Shown here piece after piece: positions 57,122 through 64,000 of a stretch of DNA of 64,000 bases (the first letter of the stretch is position 1; every line of letters begins with the position of its first letter). The notes under the pieces are model-generated. The model did no database searches and was not told the origin of the DNA. It was given only the letters and a program-made list of their open reading frames with translations. This DNA is from a virus (taxonomy: Duplodnaviria > Caudoviricetes). The stretch covers positions 32,811 through 96,810 of IMG/VR virus record IMGVR_UViG_2799113255_000001. One strand, written 5' to 3'. The position numbers and the translations under genes are program-made.

Positions 57122-58444
57122 ATGCCGCGCGTCGTGTATGGGAACTCGTTCTCAAGTAACGGCTGGCCCATGGTCAACGGTGACGAGTGCATCTGGGTCA
57201 CCGTGCCGGGTACATCGGTGAGCCTGCAGATTCAGAACGGGCAGCCGTTGGCGATTCTCCGCGCGTTCGCAGCGGACTTCAACGCCTACGTTGAGCCGCT
57301 ACGTGACCCGGACTCGGCGTGCTGGACACCCACCAACTCGGTGTCCACGTCGAATCACCTGAGCGGTACGGCGATGGATCTGAACTGGGAAAGCCACCCC
57401 TTTCAGGTCGCCAACGCCGGGTTTAGTGCCGCGCAGATCGCCACCATAAAGGAAATGCAGGCGTTCTACGAGGGGACCGTCTTTTGGGGCAATGACTGGT
57501 CAGATCCTAAAGATGCGATGCACTTTCAGCTGGCTAGCCTCGCCAATGGCGGTCAGATTAACACCTACCAGAATCCACACACCGCAGACTTCATCGCCCG
57601 CAAGATCCGGGCCGACGGGTTCTCTACATTCCGTCGCGGCAACTCGGTGGTCCTGTCAACAAAGGATCGATATGCGCTAGCCACCATCAACGAGGGTAAG
57701 CGGCTCGGCATCACCCCCAAGGGAATCTGCATCGCCATCGCAGTGGAGCTGGTGGAAACCAACCTCACGATGTACGCGAACAGCAATGTCCCTGCGAGCC
57801 TCGGCTACCCACACGAGAAGGTCGGTAGCGACCACGACTCCACTGGGCTGTTCCAGCAGCGCCAGGCATGGGGTCCTTTGTCGGAAACCATGGACCCCAC
57901 TCTGTCGGCGCGGCTGTTCTTCCTTGGCGGACACAGCGGGCAGCGCGGTCTTACCGACTTCGACTACAACTCGAATTCCCGTACGCCCGGCGGATGGGCG
58001 CAGGCCGTGCAGGTGAGTGCTTTCCCGTACCGCTACGACGAGCGCTACACCGAGGCCCAGCAGATCTACGCCCGACTCAGCAATCTAGGAGATGAAGACA
58101 TGGCCCAAGTGCCACAGGACCAGTGGGACACCCTCTATCGGCTATTCACTCAGCCCACAGTGGGATCGGTGTCCATGTACGCCACACCGGGCGAAGGCCC
58201 GATCTACAACCTGGTGCAGCTGATTCAGTCGATCGACGGAGCTGCACATAAGGACCTGACCGTCGAGGCCGACGCCAAGCTCGGAGACCTCGAGGCCATC
58301 GGCCGTATTGCTCGTGTGGCCGCCGGGCAGGGATCGCGCACTGACGCCGCCGCAGTCGCCCATGCCAAGGCATTCCTCGCCGAGCTCGAGGCCACCAACC
58401 CTGCAGTCCTGCAGGAGTTCATCTCTCAGAAGGGACAGTCATGA
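57122..58444 (+). CDS. lysA: Lysin A (N-terminal peptidase + second muralytic domain)
   Basis: N-terminal half nearly collinear with the other lysA; VET...DS.GLFQQ..WG...AQAVQ.SA.P.RY domain. Confidence 0.88.
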   Translation: MPRVVYGNSFSSNGWPMVNGDECIWVTVPGTSVSLQIQNGQPLAILRAFAADFNAYVEPLRDPDSACWTPTNSVSTSNHLSGTAMDLNWESHPFQVANAGFSAAQIATIKEMQAFYEGTVFWGNDWSDPKDAMHFQLASLANGGQINTYQNPHTADFIARKIRADGFSTFRRGNSVVLSTKDRYALATINEGKRLGITPKGICIAIAVELVETNLTMYANSNVPASLGYPHEKVGSDHDSTGLFQQRQAWGPLSETMDPTLSARLFFLGGHSGQRGLTDFDYNSNSRTPGGWAQAVQVSAFPYRYDERYTEAQQIYARLSNLGDEDMAQVPQDQWDTLYRLFTQPTVGSVSMYATPGEGPIYNLVQLIQSIDGAAHKDLTVEADAKLGDLEAIGRIARVAAGQGSRTDAAAVAHAKAFLAELEATNPAVLQEFISQKGQS

Positions 58445-58884
58445 CAGACCAGATTCGTAAGTGGTACTACCTCATTGGCGCGGCAGCTCTGTCGATTATT
58501 CCCATCTTGGTCACTTCGGGTGTGGTCAGTGACACGGTCGGGCAGTCTTGGGTCAACGCGGTCATCGCCATTGGTGGCGTCTTCGGCGTGGCCGGTCTCG
58601 GGACAGCGGGCGTGGTGTTGCACAAGCAGATCAAGAACGCCCCCGGTGCTGCAGCGGACAAGGCCGTGACAAGCTTGCAGGACATCCAAGCGCAGCTGGA
58701 TTCAACCGGCGCTACTGCGCGCACGCAGCTGGAGGCGGGCACCCAGGCTGTCGTGGACAGCATCGCGAAGATTCAACAGGCAGTCGGTGGTGTTGTCGGC
58801 CCAGTAGCCGATGCCAAGGTCATCAGCTCAGCTGCCGCTATTGGCCCCCTGGCGGCCGAGGTCATCAAGAGTGTGACTGAGTGA
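58441..58884 (+). CDS. Holin
   Basis: Two TM helices; lies between lysA and lysB. Confidence 0.78.
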   Translation: MTDQIRKWYYLIGAAALSIIPILVTSGVVSDTVGQSWVNAVIAIGGVFGVAGLGTAGVVLHKQIKNAPGAAADKAVTSLQDIQAQLDSTGATARTQLEAGTQAVVDSIAKIQQAVGGVVGPVADAKVISSAAAIGPLAAEVIKSVTE

Positions 58885-59849
58885 TTCTCACCCTCGGTTC
58901 TCATGGGGAGGTAGTAGCGAGGTGGCAGCGGGTCATGTTGGCCCGCTACGCCTCCTACGCGAAAGCCGCCGATGGGGGACCGCTGAAGGTCGACTCGTAT
59001 TTCGGGTACGACGACCAAGCCGTTCAGAAGGAATACCAGCGCCGAACCAACCAAGCCCAGAACGGGATTGTTTCGGCGGCCGACCTGGTGAAGCTGGGTT
59101 TGACGCCGCTGTTCTTCACAGTCGAGGGACACCTGTCCGACATGTACCAGGGGCCCTGTGCTTTCGTGGCCTCTACTTTGGAGCGTGAAGGGCGGGCGGT
59201 GTGGCGGCCCACCGGCTACGACAACGTACGGCTGCCGTTCAACAACCAATCCGGTGTCGACGAACTCGTCAACCGATTGGACACGAAGCTGTTCGATGAC
59301 GGCACACCCTTCCCTGAGGGGACTCCATGGAATCTGGCGATCTTCAGCCAGGGCGCCATGGTCGGCTGCGAGGTCATGGAAAAGCACGTCCTGCCCGTCA
59401 ATGGGCGGTTGCATTATCGGCTCAAGGATTTCCGCAAGGGCATAGCTTTCGGGAACCCCTACCGCCTGATCAACCAGTGCGCCCCTTGGGTTCCCGATCC
59501 TCCGCAGCCGAACACTCAGGGGATCATGGACTGGCACTTTGACTTCCTGAAATACCCCGAGCTGGCGGGGAAGTGGCAAGAGCATGCCCGCACGCGCGAC
59601 TGGTACGCCGAGAACCGGTTGGATGAGGCCGGGGTCAACATGACAGCGATAGCCCGCATAATCACCCAATCCTCGTGGACCGGTGGGGCTTCCTCGATAG
59701 TGGCCCGAATCATGGACCTGTTCGTCAACCCATTCGACGGGTTGATCGACATCGTGTGGGCCATCGTCAGAACGTTCCAAGGCATCGCCCATTTAGAGGC
59801 CCACGGCACCTATGACCTGAATCCAGTCCTCGACTGGTTCCGCGCTTAA
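58881..59849 (+). CDS. lysB: Lysin B
   Basis: PG-binding N-terminus, IFSQGA, GNP, DWY, H.TY. Confidence 0.85.
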   Translation: MILTLGSHGEVVARWQRVMLARYASYAKAADGGPLKVDSYFGYDDQAVQKEYQRRTNQAQNGIVSAADLVKLGLTPLFFTVEGHLSDMYQGPCAFVASTLEREGRAVWRPTGYDNVRLPFNNQSGVDELVNRLDTKLFDDGTPFPEGTPWNLAIFSQGAMVGCEVMEKHVLPVNGRLHYRLKDFRKGIAFGNPYRLINQCAPWVPDPPQPNTQGIMDWHFDFLKYPELAGKWQEHARTRDWYAENRLDEAGVNMTAIARIITQSSWTGGASSIVARIMDLFVNPFDGLIDIVWAIVRTFQGIAHLEAHGTYDLNPVLDWFRA

Positions 59850-59897
59850 CAACTGAATAGAGCCCTCGAAGCGCCCCATGAAAGGCGGTTCAAACAA

Positions 59898-60116
59898 ATG
59901 TCCATCCGAGATCTACTCACTGAGCGATCCAAGCCAAAGCCGAAGGTATGTACCACATGCCAATGGTTCGCGACTCAGCCAGAAGATGAGCAGGCTGCAG
60001 CCAAGGAGTGGGCGGCGGCAGGCTTTTCTAGTGCGGAGTTGTGGCGCGGTATAAGGGAGTTGGGATACCCCTTGGGGGAGGTAGCGCTACGCCGCCATTT
60101 CAAGGAGTGTAGTTGA
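59898..60116 (+). CDS. Small CxxC/HxxxC protein
   Basis: CTTC...RRHFKEC; coupled to the phosphoesterase gene. Confidence 0.68.
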   Translation: MSIRDLLTERSKPKPKVCTTCQWFATQPEDEQAAAKEWAAAGFSSAELWRGIRELGYPLGEVALRRHFKECS

Positions 60117-61309
60117 GTATCCGCGATAGCCTGAACAAGCGGCGTCCCGTGGCCGAGGAGTCGGCGCCGGAACAGGCGAAAATGCGCGCGGAGTGGGACG
60201 GCACCGCTGGATTCATTCAGACGGGCAAGGTCTCAGATGACTTCGATGAGCAGGACTTCGAAGGCATCCTCAATGAGTTCGCCGACGAACTACACTACGA
60301 CCCGGCCAAGGTGGAGATTGCCGGTAACCCACAGGTCGTGGTGTGGGAGACGGGCTTCCGCAACAAGGAGGGGGAGTGGGAGAAGCATAAGCACCACTCG
60401 TGGCGGTATCACCTCGCCGTCCGGCGCTGGGCTGTCAACCTTCCCGCCTTGTATGCGGAGGTCCGTAAGACCAAGGCGGTGCAGCCGAAGAAGCCCACGG
60501 GCGAGTCAACGGTTGTGGTGTGCTGGGCAGACATCCAGACCGGCAAAGTTGACCATCTCGGCGGTGTCAAAGAGCTATTGCTGCGCCTTCAGGAAAAGCG
60601 GGAAAACCTGAACGCCTACCTGAAACGTTCAAGGTTCGATCGCATCATCATCGCGGACGTGGGCGACATCGTGGAGGGCTTCGACAACGTCACAGCCCAA
60701 ACCCGCACCAACGGCCTATCTCTCATGGATCAGGTCGAGGTTGCCGCCACGGAGTTCTGGAAGACCATCACCCTGTGTGCTAAGCACGCCCCGGTGGATG
60801 TGCTGTCCATCCCGTCCAATCACGGCCAGTGGCGGCGGGGCAAGGATCTAATCGGGAAGCCCACCGACGACTGGGGATTGGCCATCTCGAAACGTCTTGA
60901 ATGGCACAACAACCCCGACAACCAAGGCCCGAACCTACCGGTGGAGTTCCACCGGCCGCCCGAGTGGTGCGAGACTCTGCAGTTCGATGTACGCGGCACC
61001 AGGTTGGGGTTGGCGCACGGCCACCAAGCCTCCGGCGCTGACCGGGTTAAGACGTGGTGGGAGAAGATGACCCACGGCGGCGTCATGGACTGCCACGTCC
61101 TGCTGACTGGGCATTTCCACTACGCCAGCCTTCGCCCCCACGGGCGCGATCAAGTAACGGGTAAGGCGCGCTGGCACATCCAAGCCTCAACCCTGGACAA
61201 CGGTTCAGCGTGGGTGATGAACAAGATGGGCGAAGACGGCGACCCGGCACTAACTGTGTTCCAGATCAACAACGACGGCTTCGACGTACAGAGCTTTGCA
61301 CTCCTTTGA
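60113..61309 (+). CDS. Metallophosphoesterase/Mre11-like nuclease
   Basis: ADIQ, GDIVEG, SNH, AHGH, GHFH motifs. Confidence 0.82.
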   Translation: MSIRDSLNKRRPVAEESAPEQAKMRAEWDGTAGFIQTGKVSDDFDEQDFEGILNEFADELHYDPAKVEIAGNPQVVVWETGFRNKEGEWEKHKHHSWRYHLAVRRWAVNLPALYAEVRKTKAVQPKKPTGESTVVVCWADIQTGKVDHLGGVKELLLRLQEKRENLNAYLKRSRFDRIIIADVGDIVEGFDNVTAQTRTNGLSLMDQVEVAATEFWKTITLCAKHAPVDVLSIPSNHGQWRRGKDLIGKPTDDWGLAISKRLEWHNNPDNQGPNLPVEFHRPPEWCETLQFDVRGTRLGLAHGHQASGADRVKTWWEKMTHGGVMDCHVLLTGHFHYASLRPHGRDQVTGKARWHIQASTLDNGSAWVMNKMGEDGDPALTVFQINNDGFDVQSFALL

Positions 61310-61334
61310 TACCCACTGATACTCGGGAGCCGCG

Positions 61335-61559
61335 ATGAGTGAACACCCCGACGAACTCATACAGAAGTACGTCGAAGCGATGGATCAAGAACCCGGCTGG
61401 CGGGTATCAGATTTCGTGCTCATGGTCGGATTTGAGAGAGTCCAAGCGGACGGCACCATAGAGCACACCTACGGCGTGTATGAAGGTGAGAATCAATCAC
61501 CCTGGGCTACACACGGTTTAGTCGCCAACGGTATAGAACACCTAGAACGTACTGAGTAG
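61335..61559 (+). CDS. Hypothetical protein
   Basis: GGGAG RBS; 74 aa. Confidence 0.62.
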   Translation: MSEHPDELIQKYVEAMDQEPGWRVSDFVLMVGFERVQADGTIEHTYGVYEGENQSPWATHGLVANGIEHLERTE

Positions 61560-61769
61560 CGGCACTGGTATGTAGCCGTCGGGCGAATCGTCGTAGCGCT
61601 CAACAAAGACCTGAAAGCGTGGGCCGATCATGGCTTGGATGATCGGGGCATCAGCCTCAGCTTCACCCCGCGTCCGGTATGCCCCGAAGTAGGGTATGGA
61701 CTCGGGAGAGCGGGCTTGATTGTGTGCAACGAACCACTTCTCGCCCGCAGTGAAGAGATCCAGAATCAC
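61542..61769 (-). CDS. Hypothetical accessory protein
   Basis: Preceded by TAGAC unit 61810-61767. Confidence 0.62.
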   Translation of the reverse strand: MILDLFTAGEKWFVAHNQARSPESIPYFGAYRTRGEAEADAPIIQAMIGPRFQVFVERYDDSPDGYIPVPLLSTF

Positions 61770-61814
61770 ATCTCAATTTTACGGCGCTACAGCAGTATCC
61801 ACGGGGTCTAGTGG

Positions 61815-62000
61815 CTATGTCAGAGGTTCATACGACTTTCGGGTGAACAAAAACTGGCGTCCACAACCCTCAGTCGGACAAACGGCAACATCGCCCCATG
61901 CATGACGTGACGGCGGAACTTCTGTGACACGGGCAAGACTGGGCCCGCACCGATCGATTTGCCCGGCCAGATCGCATGCCGCACATTCGGGGTTGGTCAT
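61815..62000 (-). CDS. Small Cys-rich accessory protein
   Basis: Preceded by TAGAC unit 62042-61998. Confidence 0.62.
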   Translation of the reverse strand: MTNPECAACDLAGQIDRCGPSLARVTEVPPSRHAWGDVAVCPTEGCGRQFLFTRKSYEPLT

Positions 62001-62180
62001 ACCCTCAATTATCCGGCGTTTCAGCCGAAGTCGCGGTGTCTAGCCCGCCGCGAGGAGAGCGCGCAGGGAACTAGCCAACCGTACCGCGCTCTTTTTTAGA
62101 TGTATCTGGTGTTGCGTCGAAAAATAGCCCGCTGCCTGCATGTTTCTTTTTTATCCACAACCTAATCAGGGAGGGTTCCC

Positions 62181-62423
62181 ATGGCTTTACATCCATCTGA
62201 TTGGGCGTGGATCACTATGGCTGCTGGGATCGTTGCCTACGAGATAGCTTGCCCACCCGGGGAGCTGCTATCGGACGCCACTACACGCTACGGGCAGTCC
62301 CACATGTTCCTCAGCTCCGCCGTGATCGGGGTAGTGGCCGTGCATCTGCTGCGCACCACCGGGCTGCTGCGGTTCATCCCCGAACAGCTTGACCTAATCC
62401 ATTTGTTGGCTTCACTAAAGTGA
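62181..62423 (+). CDS. Small membrane protein
   Basis: AW..MAAGIVAYE..CP.GELLS...HL; GGAGG RBS. Confidence 0.68.
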   Translation: MALHPSDWAWITMAAGIVAYEIACPPGELLSDATTRYGQSHMFLSSAVIGVVAVHLLRTTGLLRFIPEQLDLIHLLASLK

Positions 62424-62458
62424 GAGGACACCGCTATGTGCAGAGTTGAGACCTGGAA

Positions 62459-62833
62459 GTGTGCGCCGACAGTGGAGACTTCGCGGTGAACATGGCCGAC
62501 TGGCAGCTGCCGCCACTTGCTCAAGACGGCTGGGGCCTAGCGACCTGGGTAGTAATCGCTTTCGTCGTCATGTGCTTCCTCGGAATCCTATGGACGCTGC
62601 AACACTTCGACCTCAAAGCCATCCGACACCAAACAGAGAACTCCCACGACACCAACCTGCGCGACGACATCGACGAGATACGCGAGATGGTCCGCGACGG
62701 AATGGCAGACATCCGCAGCGACATCTCCGGCATCCGAAAGGACATCGGAGGACTGCGCGGAGAGCTGCGCACCGAACGCGAAGAACGCATCGAATCCGAC
62801 GCCCGCATATGGCGGGGTCCCTGGAAGGCTTAG
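62459..62833 (+). CDS. DUF2746-like membrane protein
   Basis: TM helix then ENSH.TNLRDDID...DIGGLR.ELRTER.ERI; start uncertain. Confidence 0.7.
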   Translation: MCADSGDFAVNMADWQLPPLAQDGWGLATWVVIAFVVMCFLGILWTLQHFDLKAIRHQTENSHDTNLRDDIDEIREMVRDGMADIRSDISGIRKDIGGLRGELRTEREERIESDARIWRGPWKA

Positions 62834-62871
62834 ACCCCGCCGCTAGCGGCTACCACCAATAGAATTGGGGT

Positions 62872-63198
62872 ATGTTCACCGTCGCTCAGCTGCGTAAGGC
62901 AATCAATGACTTGCCAGACGACATGCTTGTGATGACCGAAGACGGCGAATCACCAATGAGTGATGCGAACCTATACATCGCCCCGGCATGCCGCCATCAG
63001 ATCGGCAGCAACAGCTGGGTATCCAAGGGGCATGAGGACCCACCCGCCACCGAATTGGCCCGCGAGGTATTCGGCGAATGCGAGAACACTCATGTTCTAC
63101 TCGTCACGCGGTTCGGAAACGATGGCCAGGACATCACCCCGGAAGAGCCTGGCGTGATCGACGTTCAGGTAGAACAGACTGCAATCGAATCTGGTTAG
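62872..63198 (+). CDS. Hypothetical accessory protein
   Basis: TVAQLR..I.DLPDDM.V; preceded by TAGAC unit 62831-62874. Confidence 0.68.
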   Translation: MFTVAQLRKAINDLPDDMLVMTEDGESPMSDANLYIAPACRHQIGSNSWVSKGHEDPPATELAREVFGECENTHVLLVTRFGNDGQDITPEEPGVIDVQVEQTAIESG

Positions 63199-63214
63199 AC
63201 CCCTCGCTTCACAG

Positions 63215-63268
63215 CCGCCCCCGGCTCCCGTGCTTCCCCCCAGCATGGTTGAGCCGGGGGCCTTTTTT
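63215..63268 (+). terminator. Terminator between convergent genes
   Basis: GCCCCCGGCTC...GAGCCGGGGGC followed by CTTTTTT. Confidence 0.7.
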
Positions 63269-63278
63269 GCGTTCCGGG

Positions 63279-63782
63279 TTAGTCCTTGGGGCAGTAGTGC
63301 TTAACGGAGATGTTCACAAAGCTCACCGCTTCGGCGGGTTTGGAGTCTGAGGACTTCGCGAACCCATCAGCGATCTGTAGCTCTGTCTGCCCATCCTTGA
63401 GGAGTGTGCACACCAGCTTGGCGTTGTAGATCGCAGTCCCTGCAGTGTCGTAGAAGACACCAGTGCTCTCGAGCTCCATCAAGAACGCCGTATCCTTGTC
63501 TGGGTTGAGCAGCTTGGGGGACCGGTACGGATCCGGCGCTGGCGTGACCGTCACCGTCACAGGCGCCGCGGTGAGCGAATGGACCGCATACACACCAGCC
63601 GAACCCAGCGCAGCCACACCGATTAGAAGCAGCCCTGCAGCCACACCCCACCGGGCGGGTTCGGGCGCCGGCTCAACAACGGTCTCAGGGTCGGGGAGTT
63701 CGGAGCTGTAGGCAAGAGTGCCCTCCGACACTGGGCGTGCCAGCGTCGCTCCTACGCGGGTGTCTTCCCCCACATCTTCCAT
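63279..63782 (-). CDS. Membrane protein with DUF732-like C-terminal domain
   Basis: TM helix; D.AFL..L...G...A..VC..L..G...FV..SV..YCP. Confidence 0.72.
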   Translation of the reverse strand: MEDVGEDTRVGATLARPVSEGTLAYSSELPDPETVVEPAPEPARWGVAAGLLLIGVAALGSAGVYAVHSLTAAPVTVTVTPAPDPYRSPKLLNPDKDTAFLMELESTGVFYDTAGTAIYNAKLVCTLLKDGQTELQIADGFAKSSDSKPAEAVSFVNISVKHYCPKD

Positions 63783-63894
63783 GGATCGATGGTAGTCCCG
63801 ACCAGCGACAAGGGGAATGGATCAGGCCCAGCTACCGGATGTGATGCCCCGTAAGGGCTCTCGGTATGCTCGCTGGGCTCGGCGCGAAAACCGT

Positions 63895-63917
63895 TAGGCT
63901 ACAGTCTAGGCTACAGT
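63895..63917 (+). repeat. Tandem 11-bp repeat TAGGCTACAGT (probable integrase arm-type sites)
   Basis: Exact copies at 63895-63905 and 63907-63917, ~40 bp from the tRNA. Confidence 0.65.
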
Positions 63918-63958
63918 TGGCTTAGGATTTAGTCAGGAAATACGCCCTGAGCAGCGAT

Positions 63959-64000
63959 GGGGCGGTAGCTCAGTTGGTTAGAGCCGTGGACTCATAATCC
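63959..64000 (+). tRNA. tRNA with CAT anticodon (Met or Ile2), 5' part; probable att core
   Basis: GGGGCGG-TA-GCTC-AGTTGGTTA-GAGC-C-GTGGA-CTCATAA-TCC, truncated by window end. Confidence 0.88.

Larger units (their letters stand above)
21000..64000 (+). mobile_element. Second siphovirus prophage segment (distal early genes, full late region, att end)
   Basis: Continuous + strand operons: whiB pair, terminase, HK97 portal/protease/capsid, tail, lysis, then arm-like repeats and tRNA. Left boundary approximate. Confidence 0.88.

Overview
The whole window is mycobacterial prophage DNA (host probably the M. abscessus group, by inference), and it holds TWO unrelated virion gene sets pointing away from each other. 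(1) 1-~20.6 kb is a cluster-A (L5/D29/Bxb1)-like phage. Its left arm lies on the minus strand: HNH genes, small terminase, minor tails, an atypical tRNA-Ser, lysins A/B, terminase, portal, protease, scaffold, capsid, head-tail genes, major tail and the start of the tail chaperone. Next come its ligated cos end (19435-19444) and only ~1-2 kb of its right end, with stoperator-overlapped promoters and a structured non-coding region ending in a tRNA-like domain. (2) ~21-64 kb is the distal early region and complete late region of a second siphovirus on the plus strand: tandem whiB, a HigBA-like TA pair, a LexA-box gene, terminase, HK97-type portal/protease/capsid, tail genes, lysis genes and accessory genes. 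It ends at integrase arm-like repeats and a CAT-anticodon tRNA (probable att end). No integrase, repressor or replication genes separate the two parts, which suggests a recombinant hybrid prophage or a misassembly. The most notable unexplained elements are a ~360-nt repressor-controlled RNA with a tRNA-like 3' domain, six copies of a fixed-length TAGAC(A/C)CCG...AATTG leaderless-promoter unit in front of unrelated accessory genes, and a covarying hairpin/pseudoknot switch upstream of both tail-chaperone genes. All product calls come from motif recognition and synteny; no database searches were run.
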